Origin: Planctomycetota bacterium
Lineage (GTDB): Bacteria; Planctomycetota; UBA1135; UBA2386
Assembly (NCBI GenBank): GCA_046290465.1
Contig: JBKAGP010000001.1
Location: 1,632,001-1,696,000 of the forward strand
Reading direction: 5' to 3'
Length of the DNA: 64,000 nt
Below the pieces are notes generated by a model. The model was not told the origin of the DNA, searched no databases, and saw nothing but the letters and a program-made list of their open reading frames with translations. Below, one piece after another: positions 49,928 to 59,867 of this stretch. Position 1 is the first letter of the stretch. Each line of letters begins with the position of its first letter. A program made the position numbers and the translations under genes.

Positions 49928-52621
49928 GTGACCGTAGAACAGGACTTCGCTCGCTGGCTCGACGAACGCGACGCGGACGCCCTCGCGAGGGTGTTCGACG
50001 CCACGGGCAGGAGGCTGCTGCTGCTGGCCGCCCATCTGGTCGACGGTGCGTCGGCAGGCGACCTCGTGCAGGCCACGTTCCTCGCCGCCATGACGCGCGG
50101 AGCCAGCTGGGACCGACGACGCCCACTGCAGCCTTGGCTGGCCGGCGTCCTTCAGAACGAGGCGCGGATGCGGCGCCGCAGCCAGCGGCGACGCCGCGAG
50201 GTGCAGCTCGACGACGACGGCCAGGCGCTCGCAGCCCGATCGCCCACGTTGCTCGAATCGGAGGAAGTCCTGCAACACGTACTGCGGGCGATGGACGCCC
50301 TGCCGCTCGCCTATCGTCAGGTCCTCAAGCTCCGGCTGGTGCACGACCTGCAGCCCGTCGAGATCGCGCGCAGCCTGGAGATTCCGGTCGGCACCGTGCG
50401 CTCGCAGCTGCATCGCGGGCTCGCGCGGCTGCGCGCCGCGCTCCCCGCGAGCATCGCCTCTGCCGTTGCCCTGTGCATCGGCAACGACGCACTGCTCGCG
50501 CAGGCGCGCCAGCACGTCTTGCAGTCGGCCAAGGACCTCTCGACCGCCGCCTCCCCGCGCACGCCGACGGGCGCGACGGGCACCGCCATCCTCACCACCC
50601 TGCCGTGGTTCGTGACCATGAAAGCCAAACTGCTCGCCGCGACGGGTGCGGCCCTCGTTGCCCTGCTGCTGCTCGTGTCGCTCGACGAAGGACCTCCAGA
50701 CGCGCCGCCGTCCGCGCAGCCCGGCCCCGGGGCGATCCCTCGCAGTGCCGTCGCTGCCGCGGCGCAGCCGGACCCGCCCGTCGATCGTGAGCAGCTCGTT
50801 TCGAGCGCGGCGGCGGCCTGGCAGCTGACGGTCACGGTCTGCGATCGCGCAGGAACCGGGATCCCCGACGCGGCTGTGGACGTGTGGATCCAGCCGCGGA
50901 CAGGCAGCTACTGGAACCGTTCGTCGCAAAGCTTCTTGCGCGACGACCTGGCCAGCGGCCGCACCGACGCCGCCGGCATCTTCCGCCACGACCTGGCCGC
51001 CCTCCGAGAACCGTCGGCCGTCTGGCGGGCGACCAATACGCTTTGGGTCGAGGCGCGGCTGGCCGATGCCGCCCCGCGAACGCAGGGGATCGCGCTCGCC
51101 ACACTCGACGAGACGCGGCAGCTACGCACCAGGATCGTGCTCCAGCGCGGTCGGGCTGTCGTCGGCCGCGTGCTCGACGCGGATGGGCGGCCGCTGGAGG
51201 ACGCACGGGTGCAGGCGACCGCGACGGATGCATCCGTGCGCGTCGCCGACGGCCGGAGCCGCCGCGACGGGAGCTTCCACATCGCCATCGACGACGAGGC
51301 CCCCTGGCCCGCGCGGATCGCGCTACGGCATGACCGCGAAGGCACCGCACAAGCGGCGATCCCCGCGGGCGACCCCGGCGCCTTGGTCTGCGACGTCGGC
51401 GAGATCCGCCTCGACCCGGGGGCCGCGATCCGCGGCCGAGCGGTGCTCGGTGACGGCAGCCTGATCGCAGGGATCCAGATCGAACTGGACCCGATCGCGC
51501 TCGACGCCGGCGACGACCTCGCGAGCATCAAGCGTTGGCTGCGGAACCGCAGCCGCGCCGAGCGGCGCAAGCGCACCAAGACGACGACCGACGAGGACGG
51601 ACGATTCCGCTTCTCCGGTCTGACGGCGGGTGGACGCTACCTGGTGAAGACCTGGGGGGTGCGCCCGGTGCACCAGGTCGTGCGCCCGAGCAACGCCGCC
51701 ATCGAACTGCTCGTGGACCAGCAACTGCTCACGGTCGCCGTCGTGGACGGCGACGGCGCGGCCGTTCCCGGCGCCGCGGTCGCGCTCGACGGCTTCGACC
51801 CATCTGCGAGCAACCCGTCCTGGTCGAAACGCGAGGGCATTCCCGCCGAGGGCCAGGTCTGCGGCAACTGGATCCCGTGCGGCGACGACGCGGGCAACCG
51901 CGTGCTGCTGACGCCGTTCGGGTTCGTCTGGAGCGTCTATGCATCGGACGACTCGCTGCACGCGGCGACGACGCTGCACCGCGCCCAGCCGGGCGTGTAC
52001 CGCGCCACGGCGCAGCTGACCGTCGCGCCGGAGACGCAGGTCGGAGCGCTGCACGTGACCGCCTTCGATTCCGAAGGCCGACAGGTGCAAGCCGGGGTGG
52101 CGCTGCACGCGCTCGATCGCGACCTCTACCACGACCACCGACGCAGGGTGCCCGACCCGGACGGCCTGCGCTGCGAGCTGCCCGCCGGGCGGTGGCGCGT
52201 CGAAGCCGTTCTCGGCAAGGAGCTGATCTACCTGCACGGCAACGGCGGGTTCGCGCGCGGGCACCAGCAACACGAGGTCCTGATCGAGCCTGGCAAGACC
52301 GCCGAACTCCGTCTGGAGGCGCCGACCGCGGGCCTGGTTTCGTTCGAACTCAGCGGCACCGGCCTGAAGCCCGACACGTGGCGCGCGCTCCGGGTCGAGC
52401 ACCTGGGCCGCCCTGTCGAGGTCCTGCCCGTCGAGCCGCGCGAGCCGCGCCCCGCGACACGCCATCGAGCCGCTGTCCGCCGCCTGGTTTCGCGCGGCGC
52501 CTTCGCGCCGGGGCCGCACACGTTCCTGATCCGCGGCGAGGGATTCCACGACGCGACCGTGCACGTCGAGGTGGTCGCCGATGCGTTGGCGAAGGCGACG
52601 GTGCAGCTGTTTCCGCGGTAG
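49928..52621 (+). CDS. ECF sigma factor fused to TM and carboxypeptidase-regulatory-like repeats
   Basis: AGDLVQATF, PWLAGV, LP..YRQVL.LR..EIA..GTVRSQLHRG; then MKAKLL-TM and GRVLDADGRP repeats. Confidence 0.85.
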   Translation: MTVEQDFARWLDERDADALARVFDATGRRLLLLAAHLVDGASAGDLVQATFLAAMTRGASWDRRRPLQPWLAGVLQNEARMRRRSQRRRREVQLDDDGQALAARSPTLLESEEVLQHVLRAMDALPLAYRQVLKLRLVHDLQPVEIARSLEIPVGTVRSQLHRGLARLRAALPASIASAVALCIGNDALLAQARQHVLQSAKDLSTAASPRTPTGATGTAILTTLPWFVTMKAKLLAATGAALVALLLLVSLDEGPPDAPPSAQPGPGAIPRSAVAAAAQPDPPVDREQLVSSAAAAWQLTVTVCDRAGTGIPDAAVDVWIQPRTGSYWNRSSQSFLRDDLASGRTDAAGIFRHDLAALREPSAVWRATNTLWVEARLADAAPRTQGIALATLDETRQLRTRIVLQRGRAVVGRVLDADGRPLEDARVQATATDASVRVADGRSRRDGSFHIAIDDEAPWPARIALRHDREGTAQAAIPAGDPGALVCDVGEIRLDPGAAIRGRAVLGDGSLIAGIQIELDPIALDAGDDLASIKRWLRNRSRAERRKRTKTTTDEDGRFRFSGLTAGGRYLVKTWGVRPVHQVVRPSNAAIELLVDQQLLTVAVVDGDGAAVPGAAVALDGFDPSASNPSWSKREGIPAEGQVCGNWIPCGDDAGNRVLLTPFGFVWSVYASDDSLHAATTLHRAQPGVYRATAQLTVAPETQVGALHVTAFDSEGRQVQAGVALHALDRDLYHDHRRRVPDPDGLRCELPAGRWRVEAVLGKELIYLHGNGGFARGHQQHEVLIEPGKTAELRLEAPTAGLVSFELSGTGLKPDTWRALRVEHLGRPVEVLPVEPREPRPATRHRAAVRRLVSRGAFAPGPHTFLIRGEGFHDATVHVEVVADALAKATVQLFPR

Positions 52622-52635
52622 GCCGGCCGCCCCCG

Positions 52636-53493
52636 CTACGACACGTTCAACGTCTTGTGCGTCTGCGGCACGACGCGCACGTCGAACTCGTGGCGCGCGG
52701 CGGTCGCCAGGAAGCGCATCAGGTCGCGGGACGGCAGGGCGCGCTTGCACTCGCCGAACGGCGTGACCGGCTGCAGGATCAGCAGGATCTTGCTGCGCAG
52801 GCCGTGCAGTTGCTCGAGCGCGCGCTCGAAGCTGATGTCCGAGACGTTGTCGGTCAGCACGATCTTGACGTCGACGGTCGCGCCGCGGCGCAGCGCGATC
52901 TCACAGCAGCGCACGTGGCGCGCACCGTGGTCGTCGCCCGGGCCGAGCAGCAGCTTCTTGTCGACCGGCTGCGCCAGCGTCTCCTTCAGCTTGTAGTCGG
53001 CGGACAGGTGGTCGACCTGGTTGATGCAGGCTTCGAGCGCCTCGGGGTCGTGCGCGGCGGTCTCGAGGTGCATGCGCACGCCGTGCTCGCGCACCGCCTG
53101 GCCGAACTCGCGCACGAACTGCGGGAACACCAGCGGCTCGCCGCCGGTGACGCTGACGCGGTGCGACTTGAGGCCCGGCATCGCGGTCGTCGCGACCTGC
53201 CGCACCAGCTCCGCTGCGCGCGACGCGCGCACCGGGTTCTGCTCCTGCTGCGTGCGCACGCCGTAGTGCACCGGCACCAGCTGCGGCGCGTCGTAGCTGT
53301 TCGGCGTGTCGCAGTAGCGGCAGCGGAACGGGCAGGTCGCGACCCGCAGGAAGGCCATCGGCATGCCGACGAACCGGCCCTCGCCCTGGACCGAGTGGAA
53401 GATCTCGATCAGCGGCGCGCGCGACTCCTTCGCCTCCTTCTGCGCCGCCTGCTTCTTCTGCTGCAGGTCGCGGAACGCGCCCTTGATGTCCAT
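52636..53493 (-). CDS. queE: 7-carboxy-7-deazaguanine synthase-like radical SAM protein
   Basis: EIFHSVQGEG, CPFRCRYCDT, TGGEP, PQTHK. Confidence 0.85.
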   Translation of the reverse strand: MDIKGAFRDLQQKKQAAQKEAKESRAPLIEIFHSVQGEGRFVGMPMAFLRVATCPFRCRYCDTPNSYDAPQLVPVHYGVRTQQEQNPVRASRAAELVRQVATTAMPGLKSHRVSVTGGEPLVFPQFVREFGQAVREHGVRMHLETAAHDPEALEACINQVDHLSADYKLKETLAQPVDKKLLLGPGDDHGARHVRCCEIALRRGATVDVKIVLTDNVSDISFERALEQLHGLRSKILLILQPVTPFGECKRALPSRDLMRFLATAARHEFDVRVVPQTHKTLNVS

Positions 53494-53497
53494 CGGA

Positions 53498-54658
53498 CTA
53501 GGCCGTGAACCGCTCGGCGAGTTCGTTGAGCACGTCGATGCCCTGCGCCAGCTGCTCGTCCGACGCCGCGAACGAGACGCGGAAGTGCGTGTCGCGCGCC
53601 GAGAACGCCTTGCCGGGCACGATCAGCACGTTCTTCTCGATCGCGGCCTCGACGAACACGTCGCTCGCGACGTGCACGCCGTCCTTGCCCTTGGGCAGCT
53701 GCGGGAACGCGTAGAACGCGCCCTCGGGCTTCGACAGGCAAAAGGCCGGGTGCAGGCGCTCGACCAGCAGGTCGCGCTTGCCACGGTATTCGTCCTGGTA
53801 CGGCTTCAGGTCGATCTCCGGCATCGCGGCGACCAGCGCGTGCTGGAACGGCGCCGGCGCGCAGACGAACGAGAACTGCTGCAGCGTCTTGAGCGCGTCG
53901 AGCATCGCGCTCGGGCCGGTTGCGTAGCCCATGCGCCAGCCGGGCACGCCGTAGCTCTTGCTGAAGCCGCCGAGCTGGATGCAGCGATCGGTGAACTGCA
54001 GCGGCGAGCAGTAGTCGTCGGCGTAGCAGAACAGGTCGTAGATCTCGTCACTGACGACCCAGGCGCCGCACGACTCGGCGATGCGGCAGACGCCCTCGAT
54101 CTCGTCGCGCGTCAGCAGGCCGCCGGTCGGGTTGCTCGGCGAGTTGACGAACACGATCTTGGTCCGCTCGCTGACCAGGCTCGCGACCTGCTCCAGGTCG
54201 AGGCCGAAGCGCTCGCCGTCCTGCTTGGGGTAGGTGTCGTAGAACTTCACCGTCGCGCCGCAGATCGTCGCGAGGTGCTTGTACATGACGAAGTACGGGT
54301 CCGGCAGCAGGATCTCGTCGCCGGGATCGAGCAGGCTCAGGAACGACAGCATCAGCCCGCCGCTGACCCCGCTGGTCAACAGGCAGGTCTCCGGCCGCTT
54401 GCCGAGCCGCTGCTCGACGTCGTCGAGCACGATCCGGTTGAGTTCCGGCAGGCCCTGGGTGACCGTGTAGCGGTTGTGCCCCTCGCGCATCGCGCGGCAC
54501 GCCGCTTCGACCAGTTGCTCGGGCGGGTCATAGTGGGCTTGCCCGATCGACAGATTGATCGGGTCCTGCATCGTCGCCATCAGTTCGAAGATGCGACGGA
54601 TGCCACTCGGCTCGATGCCGCGCACGCGGCTCGACAGACCGATGTTGTCAGCAGCCAC
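53498..54658 (-). CDS. Class I/II PLP-dependent aminotransferase
   Basis: NSPSNPTG, DEIY, GFSKSYGVPGWRMG. Confidence 0.93.
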   Translation of the reverse strand: MAADNIGLSSRVRGIEPSGIRRIFELMATMQDPINLSIGQAHYDPPEQLVEAACRAMREGHNRYTVTQGLPELNRIVLDDVEQRLGKRPETCLLTSGVSGGLMLSFLSLLDPGDEILLPDPYFVMYKHLATICGATVKFYDTYPKQDGERFGLDLEQVASLVSERTKIVFVNSPSNPTGGLLTRDEIEGVCRIAESCGAWVVSDEIYDLFCYADDYCSPLQFTDRCIQLGGFSKSYGVPGWRMGYATGPSAMLDALKTLQQFSFVCAPAPFQHALVAAMPEIDLKPYQDEYRGKRDLLVERLHPAFCLSKPEGAFYAFPQLPKGKDGVHVASDVFVEAAIEKNVLIVPGKAFSARDTHFRVSFAASDEQLAQGIDVLNELAERFTA

Positions 54659-54792
54659 GGGGACCTCGCGCGTGCGGGCAGACGTGGCGGGCAGCGACGC
54701 CCGCCAAGGGGGCGGTCACGGCCCGGGAGGCCACGGCCACGGAAACGGTCACGGAAGAACGTTCAGGAACAGACGAAACGGATACCGGACGG

Positions 54793-55005
54793 CTACTTGT
54801 CGTCCTTCTCGTCCTTCTTGTCCTTCTTCTTCTTCTTCTTGGTCACGACCTTGAACTTGGTGCGGACCTTCGGGAGGCCGGTGACGCCGTCTTCCTCGCT
54901 CCAGCGACCGGCCTTCTTCAGCGCAGCGATGCGCTCGACGCGCGTCCAGACGTTGCGTTGACCGACACCGGTGCCCTTGGACCTGAGACTGCTGTGGATC
55001 GACAT
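54793..55005 (-). CDS. Small basic protein (PVC-superphylum signature protein, TIGR04137-like)
   Basis: MSIHSSL..RNVWTRVERI..L...GRW....GLPKVR plus Lys-rich tail. Confidence 0.85.
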   Translation of the reverse strand: MSIHSSLRSKGTGVGQRNVWTRVERIAALKKAGRWSEEDGVTGLPKVRTKFKVVTKKKKKKDKKDEKDDK

Positions 55006-55062
55006 TGGAGTGTTCTGTCTTGGGCCGCACCGTCCGTGCGGCGGAAAATGAGGGCGAGCAGT

Positions 55063-55683
55063 CTACCGGATCTTCATGACCGTTGGCCACTGCGAATCCT
55101 CGATTCGCAGCTTGCAGAACAACTCGTCCGGCACGTCGTTCGGCATGTTGAGCAGCCGATCGCGCGAGGCCTTCTCTTCGGCCTCACCGGAGAAGTAGAC
55201 CGCAGTGACCCAGATCACGCCGTTGCCACGGGGCCATGGATACGGGCGCGCCTTCGGCAGGCCGTGCTGGACCAGGTAGGCGGCGAGATCCGAGGCCTTC
55301 TGGCGCGCCCCCGCCTCGTCGAGACTTTCGGTCAACGGGTAGGCCGTCACGATGAACGCCCGGTCCTCGAGCGCGGTCGTGTCGACCTCCTTGACGAAGT
55401 TGGGCTTCTGGCCGATCCGCGCGTTGAGCGGGTTGTTGTCGTCGCTGCCGCCACCGAGGCGGTCGCCGACCAGGAACCCGCCGCCGAACGCGACCATCAG
55501 GCCGATCGCGAACACCAGCATCGGGACCGTCTGGCCCTTGTCCTTGCGGCGGCTCCTGCCGAACCGACCGAGCAGGCCGTCGATCGCGCCGAAGAACGAC
55601 GAACCGAAGCCACCGCGGGAACCGCGAGAACGAGACTTGCCGCGCGAACCGAGCAGCATCGCGATGTCGCTTGTCTTGCGCAC
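55063..55683 (-). CDS. Membrane-anchored hypothetical protein (possible SPOR-like C-terminus)
   Basis: One TM (LVFAIGLMVAFGGGFLVG) followed by a small alpha/beta domain; start estimated. Confidence 0.65.
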   Translation of the reverse strand: MRKTSDIAMLLGSRGKSRSRGSRGGFGSSFFGAIDGLLGRFGRSRRKDKGQTVPMLVFAIGLMVAFGGGFLVGDRLGGGSDDNNPLNARIGQKPNFVKEVDTTALEDRAFIVTAYPLTESLDEAGARQKASDLAAYLVQHGLPKARPYPWPRGNGVIWVTAVYFSGEAEEKASRDRLLNMPNDVPDELFCKLRIEDSQWPTVMKIR

Positions 55684-55835
55684 CGAATCACCCCCAACGC
55701 CCCGCGAGGGGCGCGAACCAGCAGACTGTAAGGACCCACCGGGGAAGGTGGGCTGACCGAACCGAGGTGACCAGACCCCGGCGCGCCGCACAGTATCGCG
55801 GCCAACGCATCGGCGCAAACAGCGCGCGTCGAGAA

Positions 55836-58637
55836 TCAGCCTTCGGCGATCTCGAGCAGCAGCTTCATCACGCGCGGGTCGGCGTCCTTGCCCGGCTCGA
55901 GCAGGTAGGTGCGCGCCGCCTTCCTGGCATCGTCGGGCTCACCCTGCTTCTGCAGCACCTTGGCCAGCAGGTAGACCTGACGGCCGGCATCCTGCTGGTG
56001 GCGGTGCTGCCACGCGATCGCCTGCACGCACAGCTCCTCGAGTTCGTCGAGGTCGGGATCGGGCTGGCGATACAGCGCCGTCGCGAGCAGCCACGAAGCC
56101 CAGTGCTGGTCCGGATCCAGGCGCAGGCAGCGCCGGAACGCCACGATCGCCTCGTCGACCTTGCCGTCCTTCAGGCTCTTGACGCCGAGGCTCTCCGAGT
56201 GCCCCCACAGCTTGCCGAGTTGCTCTTGGATGCCGGCGTCGTCGAACTCGTCGGGCGCGACCTCGAGGCAACGCCCCCACGCCTCGGCGGCGGCGTCGAG
56301 ATCCTTGCGCAGCAGGCTGTCGTAGCCGAGCGCCGCCAGGCTCGCCGCCAGCTGGCGCCGCGCGTCCTCGTAGTCGGGCAGCAGCTCGACCGCCTTCTCG
56401 AGGTAGCGCACGGCGATCGCGTAGCTGCGCTGCTCCTGCGCGAGCTTGCCCATCACCAGGTAGGCCTTGCTCTCGTCCGCGTTGTAGCGCAGCGCGTCCT
56501 CGACCAGCCGCTTGACCTCGGCGCGCTTGTCCGGGTCGTGCAGCAACTCGTAGGCGCGCCCGATCAGCAGGTTCGACAGGATCTTGCCGGAGTCGCGATC
56601 GTCGGGCTGCAGCTGCATGTAGGCGGTCAGGTACTGCTCGGCCTCGCGCAGCCGGTTGAGCCCGACCAGCGCCAGCGCGACCTCCTGCAACAACCGCGGA
56701 TCGCTGCGCTGTTCGAAGCCCTTGCGCGCGAACTCGAGCGCGCCGTCGTAGAGCCGCTTCTCGCGCATCAGCCGCGACGCGCCGAGCCACGCGGTCGCGT
56801 CCTGCGGTCGCAGCTCGGTCGCCTTGCGGAAGCAGCGCAGCGCCGACGTCACGCGGTCGCGCGCCTGGTCCCACAGCGCCTGCGCCAGCCACAGACCGGC
56901 GTGGTCGGGATGCCGTTCGCGCGCCGCGGCGAGCCGCGCATCGACCGCCGCCGCGCGCGCGTCGTCGTCGTCGAGCCGCGGCGCCTGGCCGTCCCGGGCC
57001 TTCTTCAGCAGCTCCGGCTGCAGCGCCTTCAGCTCGCGCGTCGCCGCGAACGCGATCACCTGCGGATGCTCCGGCGCCTGGTCCTTGGCGGCCACCAGCA
57101 CCGCCTCGGCCTGCTGGTCACGGCCGTGCAGCTGCAGCGGCTCGAACGCGTCGAGCTGCGCCTGCAGCAGCTGGTCGCTCGCCAGCCGTCGACGCTGCTC
57201 GGTGGTCTCGAGCGCCAGCTGGGCGCGCGCGGCGCGGATCGCGCCCTCGGCGTGGTTGGCGGCCCCCTCGTAGTCGGCGACCGCCATCGCCAGCTGCCGC
57301 AACAGCACGCGGGCGCGCAGCTCGTGCACCGGGTAGCGCGCGGCCTTGACCGCGGCGTCGAGGTGCGGCGTCAACCGATCGATCGACACGTTCGGGGTGC
57401 GCATGCGGTCGTAGACCAGGTTGAGGTGCGCGACGGCGTTGTGCTCGTCGGCCTCGAGGCTGGTCCGCCACAGCGTCGCGTCGTCCTGGAAGTCGTGGGC
57501 GCGGCCGGCACCGAGCCACAGCAGCGGCAGCGCGAGCGCCGCCGCGAGCCACGGGCCGCGGGCGTGGACCAGCGCGGTCGCGGCCGTCAACGCCAGCGCC
57601 AGGCCGGGGACCGCGAGGTAGAGGTAGCGATCCGCCGCGGCGATCGCCGACGCCGGATACGCGGTGTTGAACGGCAGCAGCGCCAGCACGAACGCGCACA
57701 GGCCGGCGCCGATCGCGCGGGTGCGCCGCGGGATCGCGAGGCCGATGCCGAGCGCGACGAACGCCAGCAGCGCGACCGTTCCGGGCAGCCACTGCGCGCG
57801 GAACGCCTCGAGCGTGTCGACCTCGGGGTAGAGCACGTTGAGCCGCGTCGGCCACACCGCCGTCGTCAGGTAGTGCCAGAACGCACCGGGCACCTGCGCG
57901 AGCCGCGAGCCCGACTCGGACGCGGCCATCGTGCCCTGCGCGGCGGCGACCTGCTGGTGCATCAGCGCCAGCAGCGCGGCGGCGCCGAACGACAGCAGCG
58001 GTGCGGCGAACCGCCGGCGATCGCCCCCCACCCACAGCGCCACGCCGACGCCGAGTAGCGGCAGCACCACGGCGGTGGCGTTCGACAGCATCGCGAGCAC
58101 CGTCAGCACGACCACGCCGGCCAGGCGCTGCGGCGACGGTGCCCTGGCGAAGCGCGCGGTCTGCAGCAGCGCCCAGAACACGAACAGGCCCGACAGCACG
58201 TACTTCCTGCTGCTGACCCACGCGACCGATTCGCACAGCGCCGGGTGCACCACGAAGATCGCGGCGGTGACGTGCGCGGCGAGGCGCGGCACGCCGAGCG
58301 TCGTCAGCAGCCGCACCAGCACCACCGCGGCGATCGCGTGCAGCAGCAGCGCGTGCAGGTGCGGCAGGAACGGCGCGTCGCCGGCGACCGCGAAGTCGAG
58401 CCACATCGACGTGTGCGCGACCGGCAGGTAGGCGTTGGCGATCGGTTCGGTCCAGATCGCGCCGAGGCCGGCGACGAACTCGGGGTTGTCGGGACCGAAG
58501 AAGAAGTTGTCGTCGAACTGCAGCAACTCGGCGCCGAGCGCCGCGGGCAGGTAGACGATCAGCGCCAGCAGCACCATGCAGAGCCAGGTCGGCCACTGCG
58601 GTGCGGGCGCCGTGATGGGGTCTGGGCTCGCGTTCAT
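55836..58637 (-). CDS. TMTC-like GT-C membrane glycosyltransferase with TPR repeats
   Basis: FDD, HP..CESVAWVSSR, ADRYLY in a multi-TM region; C-terminal TPRs. Confidence 0.75.
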   Translation of the reverse strand: MNASPDPITAPAPQWPTWLCMVLLALIVYLPAALGAELLQFDDNFFFGPDNPEFVAGLGAIWTEPIANAYLPVAHTSMWLDFAVAGDAPFLPHLHALLLHAIAAVVLVRLLTTLGVPRLAAHVTAAIFVVHPALCESVAWVSSRKYVLSGLFVFWALLQTARFARAPSPQRLAGVVVLTVLAMLSNATAVVLPLLGVGVALWVGGDRRRFAAPLLSFGAAALLALMHQQVAAAQGTMAASESGSRLAQVPGAFWHYLTTAVWPTRLNVLYPEVDTLEAFRAQWLPGTVALLAFVALGIGLAIPRRTRAIGAGLCAFVLALLPFNTAYPASAIAAADRYLYLAVPGLALALTAATALVHARGPWLAAALALPLLWLGAGRAHDFQDDATLWRTSLEADEHNAVAHLNLVYDRMRTPNVSIDRLTPHLDAAVKAARYPVHELRARVLLRQLAMAVADYEGAANHAEGAIRAARAQLALETTEQRRRLASDQLLQAQLDAFEPLQLHGRDQQAEAVLVAAKDQAPEHPQVIAFAATRELKALQPELLKKARDGQAPRLDDDDARAAAVDARLAAARERHPDHAGLWLAQALWDQARDRVTSALRCFRKATELRPQDATAWLGASRLMREKRLYDGALEFARKGFEQRSDPRLLQEVALALVGLNRLREAEQYLTAYMQLQPDDRDSGKILSNLLIGRAYELLHDPDKRAEVKRLVEDALRYNADESKAYLVMGKLAQEQRSYAIAVRYLEKAVELLPDYEDARRQLAASLAALGYDSLLRKDLDAAAEAWGRCLEVAPDEFDDAGIQEQLGKLWGHSESLGVKSLKDGKVDEAIVAFRRCLRLDPDQHWASWLLATALYRQPDPDLDELEELCVQAIAWQHRHQQDAGRQVYLLAKVLQKQGEPDDARKAARTYLLEPGKDADPRVMKLLLEIAEG

Positions 58638-58715
58638 CGGAGAGGGGGCGCACACGTTACCAGTCGGGGCGCAGCCGCGCTTGCCTTCGGCGCCGGGCAT
58701 GGCAAGCTCGCACGC

Positions 58716-59867
58716 GTGTTCCCCGCCCCCTCCGCCCGGCACCTCGCTTCGCAGCAGCCGCAGCTCGCCCGTTCGCTGCGGGAGCGCGGCCGCGAGGTCT
58801 GGCCGCTGCTGCGCCGCGACGCCGACCTCGGCCAGGTGGTCACCGTGCACCGCGAACGGCCCGATCGCCTTGCCGAGACGGCGCTCTGGCGCGCCGGCGA
58901 GCCGGTGTTCCTGCCGGGCGTGCTCGGCGACGTCGAGCACCGCGAACGCGACGCGATCGCCGCCTGCCTGCAGATGTTCGACCGGCTGCGCGCCGAACGC
59001 AGCGAGTTCCTCGACGAGCTCGAGGTGCGCCTGCACGACGACGACTGGCTGCGCTATGCGGGCAGCACCGTCGACCAGGACGACCCGCGCGAGGTCGAAC
59101 GGTGCTTCGTCGACGTCGAGATCGACGGCCAGGTGGTCGCCCAGGATCTGTGGGCCAAGCTCGCCTGGATCACCGAGGATCCGAGCGACAGCTCGCTGCG
59201 GGTGCGCTTCTCCAACGGCCTCGACCAGCTCGAGGAGTGGATGACGACCAGCGACCATACCGCCAGCCAGGTCGACCGGTTCGCGCTGCACGCGTTCCCC
59301 GAGTGCCGCGCGGTGCTGTCCTGCGCCCCGCTGCGCGAACGGCTGGACCGGCTGGTCGCGCAGCCGCACCGGCTGTCCGAGCGCATCGTCTACAACAACG
59401 CCCCCAACGGCGGCGCGGTGTTCCACCACGACGCCGAGCCGGGCCAGCTCGGGGTGGTGTTCTCGCAGCTCGAGGGCCGCACCGCGTGGTTCTCGCTGAG
59501 CAAGCGGCGGCTGGCGCGCCTGCTGGTGCAGGTCGGCTTCTGCCGCCGACGCGACGCGATGCAGGTGCTCGACGAGGCCTGCGACCCGGACCTGCTCGAG
59601 CTGATCAACCGCGACGAGGGCTTCGCCCGGCTGCTGGCGGCACACGGCGCGCTGTTCGTGCTGCGCGCCGGCGACGCGATCCTGCTGCCGTCGCACGGCG
59701 TCGACGACGTCGCCTGGCACAGCGTGCTGGCGATCGGCGACCGGCCGAGCCTGGCGCACTCGTACGGGCTGTTTCCGCGGGCCGACGACTACGACGTCGT
59801 CGGCGATCCCTGGCTCGGCGAGCGCGCCGCCGCTACGAAGGGCGTCCCAAGTACAATGTCACGATGA
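58716..59867 (+). CDS. JmjC/cupin-like putative Fe(II)/2OG oxygenase
   Basis: FHHD..GVVFSQLEGRTAW..LRAGDAILLP..WHSV (HxD...H); start estimated. Confidence 0.6.
   Translation: MFPAPSARHLASQQPQLARSLRERGREVWPLLRRDADLGQVVTVHRERPDRLAETALWRAGEPVFLPGVLGDVEHRERDAIAACLQMFDRLRAERSEFLDELEVRLHDDDWLRYAGSTVDQDDPREVERCFVDVEIDGQVVAQDLWAKLAWITEDPSDSSLRVRFSNGLDQLEEWMTTSDHTASQVDRFALHAFPECRAVLSCAPLRERLDRLVAQPHRLSERIVYNNAPNGGAVFHHDAEPGQLGVVFSQLEGRTAWFSLSKRRLARLLVQVGFCRRRDAMQVLDEACDPDLLELINRDEGFARLLAAHGALFVLRAGDAILLPSHGVDDVAWHSVLAIGDRPSLAHSYGLFPRADDYDVVGDPWLGERAAATKGVPSTMSR

Noticed and set aside
52636..53493. queE as part of a 7-deazaguanine DNA-modification (dpd) island
   Set aside because: No dpdA or other dpd/que genes nearby; context is housekeeping
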